A DNA stretch of 64,000 nt, from the IMG/VR virus record IMGVR_UViG_3300048838_001106, positions 32,001 to 96,000 of that record; one strand, given 5' to 3'. Position 1 is the stretch's first letter. The number at the start of each line of letters is the position of its first letter. The notes below the pieces were generated by a model, which was not told the origin of the DNA, made no database searches, and saw only the letters and a list, made by a program, of their open reading frames with translations. Both the position numbers and the translations under genes were made by a program. This document shows, piece after piece, positions 50,009 through 59,539 of this stretch. Origin of the DNA: a virus.

Positions 50009-50296
50009 ATGGCAAGTAACAATCTGGTATCTATTCGAAAGATTCGAGAGTCGAATGTCCGTGCTGACTATTCATCCTATGCAGGACGTGGCTCCTTCGG
50101 CGACAGATGGCCGGCGTTCCATTGCGAAGACCCAACGCAGTTTTTCGCCGATGTACTCGAAGAAGAGTGCCTCGAACAAGAAGAGCTTCTGGCCCTGATG
50201 CGGAAGTGTTCCTGGGATTTCCCAATGCTTTACTGGCGCATCAAGCTCGAAGATCCACAAGACATCGTAACGGACGAAGAAGAAGATGAAGAGTGA
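50009..50296 (+). CDS. Small acidic phage protein
   Basis: AAGGAG SD; SYAGRG motif; acidic tail. Confidence 0.6.
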   Translation: MASNNLVSIRKIRESNVRADYSSYAGRGSFGDRWPAFHCEDPTQFFADVLEEECLEQEELLALMRKCSWDFPMLYWRIKLEDPQDIVTDEEEDEE

Positions 50297-50876
50297 GGTA
50301 GTTCACATACCACACTACTCAAACGGGTCAGATGACTATTTCTTTGTAGCGCGTCCAGAGATATCCACCTTGGACTTCTCACTGCTGCTTGACCGCGCAC
50401 TTGCTGCGCGGCTGCCAGACACAGAAAAGCGTTTGATGACAGACACTGTGATAAGCAGGACAATCAGGCGTGTAGACCGATGCGTCACCACGGCTCTTAT
50501 CAGCTACAACATCTGGGTAGACGACGAGTCGACCGCGTTTCTTGAAGAATACAAAGGAGCACTGGTCGTCGAAGATTGCTATGGTGCGGTGGCATTACAC
50601 GTTCGACCGGTCTACACGGTATGGAACCCAACTCGTCGACGCATGAATGTCTTTGCGTGGATGGAACTGTGCCCAACAGAAGACAACGCAAGCGCGTATT
50701 CCAACTATTTGTCCATGCATTCCACAGTGCACAACCTCAGACCTAGCTTTGTGTCATGGTATGTGCGCTGCCTACTCCTAAAAACAAGAGTGACAAACCC
50801 GGCTAGCGGTGCGTATCAGATTCTGATACTCCACAACGCGCACCTGGTTAAGCCATTCACAGCGAAGCCCGCGTAG
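50286..50876 (+). CDS. Hypothetical protein
   Basis: Operon packing. Confidence 0.5.
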   Translation: MKSEVVHIPHYSNGSDDYFFVARPEISTLDFSLLLDRALAARLPDTEKRLMTDTVISRTIRRVDRCVTTALISYNIWVDDESTAFLEEYKGALVVEDCYGAVALHVRPVYTVWNPTRRRMNVFAWMELCPTEDNASAYSNYLSMHSTVHNLRPSFVSWYVRCLLLKTRVTNPASGAYQILILHNAHLVKPFTAKPA

Positions 50877-50951
50877 CACGTGTCTTTTTAGGCCAGAATG
50901 CAACGCATTGTGGTAGAAGATAGCGACCCAACACAAACAGGAGGATTTAAG

Positions 50952-51800
50952 ATGCCAGTTCTAAAAGACGGCAACCGGGTGTATTTCTACTTCCCATACA
51001 ATGATGAGCTCAAGAATGCGCTCAAAGACTATGGAGCAAAGTGGGACAAGGAAGCCAAGGGGTGGTGGACCACCGAGCGAAACAAGAACTATGAGAAGAT
51101 GTGCGAGGCGTACCAGCAACACGCAGGCTGGACAGAGAATGTTGTAACGTTCGACTTTGAGTACGGCTTGCTGACTGCTGACGGGCGAAACAATGTGACC
51201 GACGTCATCAAAGAGCTGGGCGCTCAGTGGTGTAACAGACACCGCGCGTGGATTGTACCTGAAGCGCACGAGAACCTGGAGAAGATACGAAGTATCTTAG
51301 TCGAGGCCAAAGAGCAGGACGTCGTCAGGAATGAGCAAAACCGCGCTAAGAATACAGAGCTCGACAGACGCAAAAAAGAAGTAGGGCCACTGAGCTGGAG
51401 CGGCAAAATCCCGAACCACATTGTAGCAGCGCTAAAAGAAAGCGACGGCATGTTCGACGGCAGACAATGGTTCATGCCGGACATGGCCAGCAGAGAACAC
51501 GCCGAAAGACAGCTCTGGGACTGGGACCAGGAGAAGCGAGACGAGAAAGCGGAGAAATGGGCTGACTGCCACAAGATCACCGTCTGGACTCAGTGGAAGA
51601 ACGAGTGCAAGTACACAGTCGGAATGGTCGTGACTGTTAGGGACATCGACAAACTACCTGGGTGTGTCACGGGCGACAAAGTACGCGTTGTACACATCGA
51701 CAGACAGTTCACGCGTGACGGCATGTCATTCGGCGCACCGAACGGCATGGACGACGCATGGCTACACACCGTTTACCTTAGAAAGGAGCAGGACACATGA
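50952..51800 (+). CDS. Protein with tandem DUF5710/HARP-like repeats
   Basis: FPYNDELKNALKDYGAKWDKEAKGWW; VIKELGAQWCNRHRAW; ALKESDGMFDGRQW; GGAGG SD. Confidence 0.65.
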   Translation: MPVLKDGNRVYFYFPYNDELKNALKDYGAKWDKEAKGWWTTERNKNYEKMCEAYQQHAGWTENVVTFDFEYGLLTADGRNNVTDVIKELGAQWCNRHRAWIVPEAHENLEKIRSILVEAKEQDVVRNEQNRAKNTELDRRKKEVGPLSWSGKIPNHIVAALKESDGMFDGRQWFMPDMASREHAERQLWDWDQEKRDEKAEKWADCHKITVWTQWKNECKYTVGMVVTVRDIDKLPGCVTGDKVRVVHIDRQFTRDGMSFGAPNGMDDAWLHTVYLRKEQDT

Positions 51801-52330
51801 TCCTCAAGATTACACGCCAGCAGGCGATTAAGTTGTACGCAACATACCTGGCAGATTGCCTCGCAGAAGATGTTGCAGCTGGTTACAAGGAAAACCTTGT
51901 GGACATCTTCATTCACGGCACTGACAGGGTTAATCAGTACCCTGCAGGAGAACTTCAGCGTCTCATCAACGAGAGCCTGGATGAGATGGGCGATGAGATT
52001 GCCGAGTTGTTTCCGTCGCAGCACAGACGCGATGTAACAAGCGTGCAAGTTGTTGACGGCGTTCTACTTGACCGAAAACGCGTTGAAGATTTCATCATGA
52101 CACACGAGGCCGAGAAGGTCGGGTACGTAGCCTACATTCGAAGTCTTAGAGAAGGTAAAGTGCTTTTCCCCGACTCAGTCATGGAAGATACGCTGCTGGG
52201 CAGACTCAAGGCTTTGTGCGAAGACGAAGAAGTTGACTACAAGTCAGCTGCACTCTTCCAAGAAGAAGGCATCAAAGACCCAGAAACCCGCGTCAGCAAT
52301 ACACCATCCATCGCGCTGAAAGCTACATAA
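51797..52330 (+). CDS. Hypothetical protein
   Basis: ATGA overlap; SD. Confidence 0.6.
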   Translation: MILKITRQQAIKLYATYLADCLAEDVAAGYKENLVDIFIHGTDRVNQYPAGELQRLINESLDEMGDEIAELFPSQHRRDVTSVQVVDGVLLDRKRVEDFIMTHEAEKVGYVAYIRSLREGKVLFPDSVMEDTLLGRLKALCEDEEVDYKSAALFQEEGIKDPETRVSNTPSIALKAT

Positions 52331-52340
52331 AGGAGACCAC

Positions 52341-52934
52341 ATGCCGGCATCGCATAAAGAAGTCGAACAACACTTCATGGCACACAGAGACGAAGCCCTA
52401 ACAGGCGAGTACGACACCGACGTGAGGTACATCAACCAGACAGAGCTATGGTGGCTTGAGTTGTTCACTGCTACAGATTACCGGCTTCGTCTGACACACC
52501 TCGGAGGTGGCTGCGGTGTAGGCTACATGCTTGTGTGGCGCAACAACACACCTGAAAGCGAGCACTACTTTGAATTGGAGTTCGCCAACAATCAGTGTGA
52601 GCTGTTCCGTGTTGTAAAAGACAAAGATACCACGCACGACACGCAGGTCGATTACAAAGACATGAAGGAATTCTTGGGCAGTGAGAACTCCAAGTACCTC
52701 ACCGACTTCTTTTCCAGGAAACCTCGACTGTCAGCACACGACCTGGCTTTTGACATCCAAAAACAAATCGTGCTCAGACAGGCGTTGTATGGCGCTGACA
52801 CAGACGTAACCGAGCTCACCAATGCGCTCAACGAGAAGATGTCTTTGTGGTCAGCTATCCAGAAAGACGTCTTTCAGACAATGACAAACACATATCGATT
52901 CAGGATTACGCGCCAATGCGAAAACCAAACATGA
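52341..52934 (+). CDS. Hypothetical protein
   Basis: AAGGAG SD. Confidence 0.6.
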   Translation: MPASHKEVEQHFMAHRDEALTGEYDTDVRYINQTELWWLELFTATDYRLRLTHLGGGCGVGYMLVWRNNTPESEHYFELEFANNQCELFRVVKDKDTTHDTQVDYKDMKEFLGSENSKYLTDFFSRKPRLSAHDLAFDIQKQIVLRQALYGADTDVTELTNALNEKMSLWSAIQKDVFQTMTNTYRFRITRQCENQT

Positions 52935-53461
52935 CACTTGTGGATGAAACGTTCGATAAAGACGTCTCGTTACATGAGATGACGATCGAGCAGGACAGCG
53001 GCGTCTATAGATGCATTTCGTTTAAGAACCCTAGCTCAATCAATTATCACTTTCGCCTGACCACATGGCCGGGCCATCTGGCTATCTCAGGCGACATGGG
53101 CGATTTCATGTTCTGCAGGCTGCAGGACATGTTTGAGTTTTTTCGAGGACCACTGTCCGTGGGATACTGGAAAGAGAAGTGCGTGGCCGGCGAAACCGAA
53201 GAATTTGACGCGCACAGCTGGGGCGACTTTTTGTCGGACTTGCTAGACCAGGAGTACATCACAAAGGAGCAGAAAGAAGAGCTTTCCGGTCTGGAGCCAG
53301 ACAACCCATACAGCCTGGTCGAAGCGCTTGACCAGGCGGGCGTGGCAGATGCCTGGGAGTATGGCGGAGCACTCGACGCCTACACACATCAGTTTTTGTG
53401 GTGCCTCAGAGCAATCCAGTGGGGCATCGCGAAGTACGACGCCAGCAAGGAGCTGTCATGA
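52931..53461 (+). CDS. Conserved-type phage hypothetical protein
   Basis: TWPGHLAISGDMGDFMF...DMFEFFR...YWKEK. Confidence 0.65.
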   Translation: MTLVDETFDKDVSLHEMTIEQDSGVYRCISFKNPSSINYHFRLTTWPGHLAISGDMGDFMFCRLQDMFEFFRGPLSVGYWKEKCVAGETEEFDAHSWGDFLSDLLDQEYITKEQKEELSGLEPDNPYSLVEALDQAGVADAWEYGGALDAYTHQFLWCLRAIQWGIAKYDASKELS

Positions 53462-53658
53462 GTACTAAAATCGAAGACAGAGAACTCACACAATCAGACG
53501 TGGGCGCGACAGTGTTGTACGTCGCGTCAGGTGTTGTCGAGTTTGGAAAAATATCTTCCTGGAACGACCAGTATGTCTTCGTGAAATACGGGGAGGGTGA
53601 CACAGCAGCCGCAACAAAACCATGCGACCTGCGCTGGGAAAGGACTGACGAAGACTAA
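53458..53658 (+). CDS. Small SH3-like hypothetical protein
   Basis: DVGATVLY...GKISSWNDQYVFVKY; AAGGAG SD. Confidence 0.55.
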   Translation: MSTKIEDRELTQSDVGATVLYVASGVVEFGKISSWNDQYVFVKYGEGDTAAATKPCDLRWERTDED

Positions 53659-53697
53659 CGCACGGCGACGCTACGCCGTACAATCAAAGGAGCTGTT

Positions 53698-54207
53698 ATG
53701 CAGTTCATTTACGCAGACTTACTGTTCTCCGCCGGTAGCATAATGTTTGGGGCGGCTGTTTTGTGGCTCTTCATGTCACAAATGGTTCGACGCAGAGCGT
53801 TTAATCAGGCAGAACTCACCTTACGAATCTGTCTACACGACGGGTACGCTGGGACGTACTACGACATGCACATCACCGACGTGTGGGACGTCAAGAACAA
53901 CAATCTGAAAGTAGACGGGCTCACTAAGAGACTTGGAATCGTATTCAAAGACGCCACGATAATAGACGCCGACTTGTTTTACAAAAACGTCAAACCCGCT
54001 CCTCGCATGTATAAGACAGTTTCTCTCAGACACATCAAGACCGAGCTAGCGTTCAGAGAGATGCAACAACAAGAGCGCGACGATATGAAGTTTTCTGAGG
54101 AAGAGCTCAGACAGGAACAGATAGCTCAGGCCAGGAGAGAAGCCGCAAAACGCCTCGAAGACGCCGAGCAGGAGCGTCTTTATGCCGAAGCTATGGGAGA
54201 GTGTTGA
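53698..54207 (+). CDS. Membrane-anchored hypothetical protein
   Basis: N-terminal hydrophobic helix; C-terminal coiled-coil-like segment. Confidence 0.6.
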   Translation: MQFIYADLLFSAGSIMFGAAVLWLFMSQMVRRRAFNQAELTLRICLHDGYAGTYYDMHITDVWDVKNNNLKVDGLTKRLGIVFKDATIIDADLFYKNVKPAPRMYKTVSLRHIKTELAFREMQQQERDDMKFSEEELRQEQIAQARREAAKRLEDAEQERLYAEAMGEC

Positions 54208-54208
54208 C

Positions 54209-54496
54209 ATGACGCGCATGTTCGTGTCTGTGTGTATGACAGGCCGCGTACGAACTAGAGACGGAAGATATTATCAGCTGATTGTACATCCGTATTTTGG
54301 CTGTCCAGAACTGTACAGAGACAGAGCGTGGACAAGACGCGTAGACGAAGAAGAGTGGCACGACGACAAGGCGGTGATGGAAGCCGTCGATTGGTGGCTT
54401 AGTAAATACTGGGCACCTACACAGCAAGACAGAAACGAAGTGCCGGTTCTTTTAGAGGTGCCGGGCGACACTGAGCAACTACAACCAAGTAACTGA
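54209..54496 (+). CDS. Hypothetical protein
   Basis: GGAG SD. Confidence 0.5.
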   Translation: MTRMFVSVCMTGRVRTRDGRYYQLIVHPYFGCPELYRDRAWTRRVDEEEWHDDKAVMEAVDWWLSKYWAPTQQDRNEVPVLLEVPGDTEQLQPSN

Positions 54497-54505
54497 AGAG
54501 GTGAC

Positions 54506-54703
54506 ATGAAAGCATCGAACATTGTCTCAAAAATCACTGAGTGTGCTGACCTCGAAGAAGCAGGGCCGTACATCGCCGCCGCGCTGGTGTACGGCGTAAA
54601 CAATATGGATGGCGGGGATTTCCTGGACCTCACGTCGAAGCTCGCTGACGAGCTCACGTTTCATTTCGATGTGCCAGACATGGCAGAGGTTCTCGATGAG
54701 TAG
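54506..54703 (+). CDS. Hypothetical protein
   Basis: GAGGTG SD. Confidence 0.5.
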   Translation: MKASNIVSKITECADLEEAGPYIAAALVYGVNNMDGGDFLDLTSKLADELTFHFDVPDMAEVLDE

Positions 54704-55013
54704 CAACGAGTTAGACGCCACGTCAGGCGCAAAGTTTGACACCGGAAAACTCCGGCCTTCTTTGCTGCCCTGGGGGTCTGTCATGGAAATCGTCAAAGTC
54801 CTGGAATTCGGCGCTAAAAAGTACGATGTTGATAACTGGCAACGTGTGCCTCAGGCCAGGACACGATATTTTGACGCCGCTATGCGCCACCTCATTGCGT
54901 GGCGCGAGGGTGAGAGCACCGACGCAGAATCAGGACTGCACCACCTTGCACATGCTGGGTGTTGCGTCGTGTTTTTGCTGTGGTTTGAGTTGACCTTAGC
55001 GGAAAACACATGA
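54696..55013 (+). CDS. dATP/dGTP diphosphohydrolase domain protein (DUF5664 type)
   Basis: GAKFDTGK...VLEFGAKKY..DNW...AAMRHL..W..GE..D.ESGLHHLAHA. Confidence 0.85.
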   Translation: MSSNELDATSGAKFDTGKLRPSLLPWGSVMEIVKVLEFGAKKYDVDNWQRVPQARTRYFDAAMRHLIAWREGESTDAESGLHHLAHAGCCVVFLLWFELTLAENT

Positions 55014-55717
55014 AGTTCATTTGCATGTCAGATACCCACATGGAACATGAACACGCCGCGCGATATCCAGCAGATTGTCTGTTACATGCAGGAGATCTCA
55101 CGGAGTACGGTACCCGCGCTGAAGTAGACGAGGTGGAAAGATGGCTTAAGGATCTTCCGTATGCGCGCAAAGTAGTCATTGCGGGCAATCATGATTTGTG
55201 TTGTGACCCAAACCCGCAGAACCTCGTTCGACTGATTCCTGATTCCCACCTAGATGGGTACATGCCTGAGGGTAATTACAGGATCAAACATTGCACCTAT
55301 CTCAATCAGCAGGTGACGCAGGTTGGCGAGTACAAAATTTGGGGGGAACCAAGGCAACCTGAATTTTGGAAATGGGCTTTCAATGTCCGACGCCCCCAGA
55401 TGAAATGGCAGGTATGGTCTAAAGTCCCAAAAGACATAGATATCATGATCACGCACGGCCCTCCCTATAAGGCGGGGGATAGAACCCCAACTGAAAATGC
55501 AGGGTGCCCTGCGCAGTTAGAAATGATATCGGATCACCCAACCTTGAAACTTGTAGTGTGCGGGCATATCCATTCTGGGTATGGTGTATACAACCTGGTC
55601 AAAAGGAATGGTCAGCGATGTCTTGTAGTTAACGCGGCCCTGCTGCAAAACGATTTCTCCCTTCGAGAGCCTATCCTCATTGAGGCTAAGGGTGATGACT
55701 TTCAGAGGGTGTTCTAA
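55010..55717 (+). CDS. Calcineurin-like metallophosphoesterase
   Basis: SDTH, HAGD, AGNHD, ITHGPP, CGHIH. Confidence 0.9.
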   Translation: MKFICMSDTHMEHEHAARYPADCLLHAGDLTEYGTRAEVDEVERWLKDLPYARKVVIAGNHDLCCDPNPQNLVRLIPDSHLDGYMPEGNYRIKHCTYLNQQVTQVGEYKIWGEPRQPEFWKWAFNVRRPQMKWQVWSKVPKDIDIMITHGPPYKAGDRTPTENAGCPAQLEMISDHPTLKLVVCGHIHSGYGVYNLVKRNGQRCLVVNAALLQNDFSLREPILIEAKGDDFQRVF

Positions 55718-55764
55718 GTTAGAGGTTTACAGAAATCTGGTTGCCGACGATACTTCACACGTCA

Positions 55765-55838
55765 GCGCCCATAGCTCAGTTGGTCAGAGCTGCCGGCTCA
55801 TAACCGGTTGGTCCCAGGTTCGAACCCTGGTGGGCGCA
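55765..55838 (+). tRNA. tRNA with CAT anticodon, most likely Ile2 (lysidine type); no encoded CCA
   Basis: Acceptor stem gcgccca/tgggcgc, D arm agctcagttggtcagagc, anticodon loop ctCATaa, T loop gttcgaa. Confidence 0.92.
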
Positions 55839-55866
55839 TTTTTTTTTTCATTTTAGAGGGAAGTAC

Positions 55867-56184
55867 ATGAACGTCATTGAGTACCGATGTTCTGGGTGTG
55901 ACGCCAAGTACGCATCGTTTGCTGGCATGCCTGATGTATGTATTGTTTGCCGCGCTCCGGACATCGCAGTACACACGCGCCAGTTGACAGATTTCTCGTA
56001 TTACATGGGCGACTATGAGGGCAGATTTTACGTCGTACAAGCGGTAGGCACGCACCTCATGTTGATACCACACCACTTTGGACTCCTGAAACACATCGAG
56101 TGTGCAGGGGCGTGCGACATCATAGACCTGGAGATGTGGCCGGGCACTATCGGGTATGACGCATACGCATCAGGAGCACCATGA
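55867..56184 (+). CDS. Cys-containing hypothetical protein
   Basis: CSGC...CIVC. Confidence 0.55.
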   Translation: MNVIEYRCSGCDAKYASFAGMPDVCIVCRAPDIAVHTRQLTDFSYYMGDYEGRFYVVQAVGTHLMLIPHHFGLLKHIECAGACDIIDLEMWPGTIGYDAYASGAP

Positions 56185-56987
56185 GAACACTGCGAAGCAT
56201 TTGCATGGCCCTTCTCAAAGAAGACTTAAGGAAGTTCAATGCACAGAAAGCTGTAGCCAAGGAAGGCATGAAACAAGCGCAGAGAACATGCGATAGCGCG
56301 CTAAAGTGGAAGCACTATCCAGATTTCTGGGGGAGCCATGACAATCTTCGCACAGTTCACCTGGCGATAGCATGGTTTCGCGGGCGAACACCGATTGAAG
56401 CGGAGCGAAACCACTCGAAACACCACGAAGACTACAACACGAGAAAAATGCAACGAGCAGCGCTGCACCTCGTTGGGTACACACTGGAGAGGGCAAGAAA
56501 AATGCATGAAATCGAATTGAAAGCAAAGATACGAGCAGAAAAGAATCACACCATGATTTCCGTACCGATTGTAATGAAATCAAGACCTTATGTATGCGAA
56601 AACGACGACACACGTTACTACCACGTAAACACCGAAGCACCCGATGTGGCGGCCTTCCTCCAAGGACACGATGAAGATGTGGTACAAGCATTTGTACGCG
56701 TCATCATGCCCGACGATCTCGAATCCCTCATCAATTTCGACCCTGAGTCGTTCTACAACGTGCCTCCAGGAATATACATCTGGCGCGGCTCGGCTGTCAT
56801 AGACGAGGACGGCATCGAGTGCATGGTCGACTCTTTCACGCCACAGCCTGCATTTGAAACAACATTTCACGAGGTGATGGACGGCGGCATTGGAAACCCA
56901 AAAGCCGTGGCCAGACTCGTGCTTAATCACAAGGAAGACAACGATGCAACCGAAGACAATAATGATCTTGAGCGGGGGGACGTTTAG
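56181..56987 (+). CDS. Hypothetical protein
   Basis: AGGAG SD; RTVHLAIAWFRGRT...E motif. Confidence 0.6.
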   Translation: MRTLRSICMALLKEDLRKFNAQKAVAKEGMKQAQRTCDSALKWKHYPDFWGSHDNLRTVHLAIAWFRGRTPIEAERNHSKHHEDYNTRKMQRAALHLVGYTLERARKMHEIELKAKIRAEKNHTMISVPIVMKSRPYVCENDDTRYYHVNTEAPDVAAFLQGHDEDVVQAFVRVIMPDDLESLINFDPESFYNVPPGIYIWRGSAVIDEDGIECMVDSFTPQPAFETTFHEVMDGGIGNPKAVARLVLNHKEDNDATEDNNDLERGDV

Positions 56988-58176
56988 TCCAATCAAAGCA
57001 CATCTGTCACTCGCAGCCCCCGCCTTCGGCAACACAGCTACTACGCTGAGTTCCCTGTTCTACCAACACAAAGCACTGGAAATGGCTGTAGAGACCTACT
57101 GGACTCAAATGGCCTATCCGGGCACAACCCCCATTCTGCGCACAAACAAAGACGTTGAGAATCTTGTCGACAAGTGGATTGCAGACCCAAATGTCAAAGT
57201 CATCATCATGAACGCAGCGCTGTGCGACTTCGACGCGACGGTGGTCGGGGTACCAGACGACGTCAAGCGTCTAGACAGCAGTAAGAAGTACCTTGTTGAG
57301 CTGACGCCGGCCCCAAAGATTTTGAGTAAGATTCGAAAGACGAGGAAAGACATCTTTCTGGTGGGGTTTAAGACGACAGCAGGGGCAACACCTGAAGAGC
57401 AGTTCAACAAAGGCTTGAAGCTCATGAAAGAGACGTCGTGCAATCTGGTCTTTGCAAATGACGTTGTCACACGACGCAACTTTGTTATCACTCCTGAGGA
57501 AGTGCGATACGCAGAAGGAGTAGGCGATGAAGCCAGGGATAACGCGCTCAAAGAGCTCGTAGACATGATTCTTCTTCGAACCAACCTGTCATTCACACGA
57601 TCGACAGTTATTGCAGGAGACCCTGTACCCTGGAACTCTCCCGATGTCCCAGAGTCGCTACGCACAGTGGTAGACCATATGATAGCCAGGAACGCGTACA
57701 AACCGGGCCCAACAGGTGCCACGGTAGGGCACTTCGCATGTAAGGTTGGCCCAACCACGTTCCTGACGTCACGACGAAAGACGAACTTCAACCAACTCCA
57801 CGACATTGGCCTGGTCAGAATCGAGACAGACGGCCCAGACACTGTGATTGCCTACGGCAGCAAACCAAGCGTTGGAGGACAGTCGCAGCGTATTATCTTT
57901 GAAGAGCATGACGGGCTGGACTGCATTGTCCACGCACACGTGCCGCTTCGCGAAGACCATCCTGATGACATTCCTGTGGTGTCGCAGCGCGCATACGAGT
58001 GTGGGTCACACGAGTGCGGGCAGAATACATCAAACGGGCTTAAGCAGTTTGGCAACCTCAAAGCTGTCATGCTCGACAAGCACGGCCCTAACGTTGTTTT
58101 TCATCGCGACACAGACCCACAAGAAGTCATTGATTTTATTGAGCGAAACTTTGATCTGACCAAGAAGACCGCATGA
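56944..58176 (+). CDS. CoaB (PPC synthetase)-like domain fused to a class II aldolase/adducin domain
   Basis: ILSGGT..PI, NAALCDF, PKILSKIR, FLVGFK, LVFAND; then GHFACK, KPS, CIVHAH, VMLDKHG. Confidence 0.8.
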   Translation: MQPKTIMILSGGTFSPIKAHLSLAAPAFGNTATTLSSLFYQHKALEMAVETYWTQMAYPGTTPILRTNKDVENLVDKWIADPNVKVIIMNAALCDFDATVVGVPDDVKRLDSSKKYLVELTPAPKILSKIRKTRKDIFLVGFKTTAGATPEEQFNKGLKLMKETSCNLVFANDVVTRRNFVITPEEVRYAEGVGDEARDNALKELVDMILLRTNLSFTRSTVIAGDPVPWNSPDVPESLRTVVDHMIARNAYKPGPTGATVGHFACKVGPTTFLTSRRKTNFNQLHDIGLVRIETDGPDTVIAYGSKPSVGGQSQRIIFEEHDGLDCIVHAHVPLREDHPDDIPVVSQRAYECGSHECGQNTSNGLKQFGNLKAVMLDKHGPNVVFHRDTDPQEVIDFIERNFDLTKKTA

Positions 58177-58469
58177 ACACAGACATCACAACGAGAAATG
58201 TTACCGAAGCTGCCAGGGCCTTCATCAAGGAGTCAGAGCAGGCTGTCTCAAGCCCAAATTGTCTGAGCGACAACTCGAGACTAAGAGTCCTTCTTGCACA
58301 GGCAAATGAGATTTTAGACGTGCTGCTCACAGACAGGGAATCTGTGATTGGACACATGAAGTACATCTCAACTGTTCTCACGGAGCTACATGACAAAGCT
58401 GAAGGTGTCCAGGACACTCTGGAGACGTACATGAAACAAAACAATGTCAAGCAGGGGGGTCAGCGATGA
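58173..58469 (+). CDS. Hypothetical protein
   Basis: ATGA overlaps. Confidence 0.5.
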   Translation: MNTDITTRNVTEAARAFIKESEQAVSSPNCLSDNSRLRVLLAQANEILDVLLTDRESVIGHMKYISTVLTELHDKAEGVQDTLETYMKQNNVKQGGQR

Positions 58470-58672
58470 TAGAAGAGAAGAAAGAATACAGCCTGAAGTG
58501 CGACAAGTGCGGCAAGCGGTGGCCTACGACACGTTTCCACGGCCCATGGCTGGAGTCACGGGACGAGCTCATAACCAAGGCGCGAGACGACGGCTGGGAT
58601 GCCAGCTATGTAGATGACGCAGCGCTGTGCGAAGAGCATGCGGTAAACGAGGCAGAACATGGACCAACGTGA
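58466..58672 (+). CDS. Small zinc-finger protein
   Basis: CDKC...GW...CEEH. Confidence 0.55.
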   Translation: MIEEKKEYSLKCDKCGKRWPTTRFHGPWLESRDELITKARDDGWDASYVDDAALCEEHAVNEAEHGPT

Positions 58673-58853
58673 CGCAAAGAAGTACGCGCTCGGCATCGCA
58701 GTAACACAGTTAGACGCCTATCTGCTGGGAGATGACACGTCCTTCAGTGAGAAAGACAAGAAGAAAGTGCACAGCGAAGTTCGAAAGATTCGAGACAGGC
58801 TTCGGGACCGGCTCGACGTTCTAAATACAGAGTACAAAAAGGCGCACACATGA
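58659..58853 (+). CDS. Hypothetical protein
   Basis: Operon packing. Confidence 0.5.
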   Translation: MDQRDAKKYALGIAVTQLDAYLLGDDTSFSEKDKKKVHSEVRKIRDRLRDRLDVLNTEYKKAHT

Positions 58854-59110
58854 AATGGCGTATCACAGTAGACCACGTCGAATACAAGACAGACGACCTC
58901 GCAGTTTCCTGCACCTATGATGACAAGTTAAACGGCACTCTCACTCCGTTTCGTATGTATGACGACGATGACACGCTATACTACGAAGGAGAAGGAGACT
59001 TTTACAACAACAACGTGACCGGATTCGAGCCTCTAGATGACTACGGCATGCCCAATGCTGGGTGTACACGCATCGACTGGTTCGAAAACGGCAAATGGAA
59101 CATCCTATGA
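58850..59110 (+). CDS. Hypothetical phage protein
   Basis: FRMYDDDDTLYYEG...PLDDYGMPNAGCT. Confidence 0.6.
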   Translation: MKWRITVDHVEYKTDDLAVSCTYDDKLNGTLTPFRMYDDDDTLYYEGEGDFYNNNVTGFEPLDDYGMPNAGCTRIDWFENGKWNIL

Positions 59111-59433
59111 AATACACAACCTTACTTCTACTCGCCCTTGCCACCGCCTGCACACCGTCTCCAGACTACGAGCACATCGCAGAGGCGCGGTCCATCGAAC
59201 GCAATACCAGTCTTCTGGTCTCGATCGAGATGATGAACAGATCTGGACAGGATGTCATGCTGCTGTGCCTCATTGAGGACGAGGCGGACATGAAAAAACA
59301 GAGCGACGGGCGGTATAGCGCTGATTTGGTGTGTCGCCACCCGAAATTCACTATCCGGGTGTCGGTGAAAGACGCCAAGCTTAACAAAGATGGGCTTAGC
59401 GAGCTGGATGTAGTAGCAGTGAAGCTCATCTGA
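59107..59433 (+). CDS. Putative lipoprotein
   Basis: MKYTTLLLLALATAC signal with lipobox-like Cys. Confidence 0.6.
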   Translation: MKYTTLLLLALATACTPSPDYEHIAEARSIERNTSLLVSIEMMNRSGQDVMLLCLIEDEADMKKQSDGRYSADLVCRHPKFTIRVSVKDAKLNKDGLSELDVVAVKLI

Positions 59434-59451
59434 CCCCCCAGCGAGAAAAGT

Positions 59452-59473
59452 AGCGCGCTTCGCGCGCTTTTTT
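59452..59473 (+). terminator. Intrinsic terminator
   Basis: agcgcgc-ttc-gcgcgct plus T run. Confidence 0.75.
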
Positions 59474-59539
59474 AGCACGATATTGCAAAGTAAACCGAGC
59501 GTGTGCTAAGCAAACGCAAACACAACACGAGGTTTTTCG

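Noticed and set aside
55798-56094. Minus-strand ORF ending MRPPGFEPGTNRL
   Set aside because: Its end is the antisense translation of the tRNA gene.
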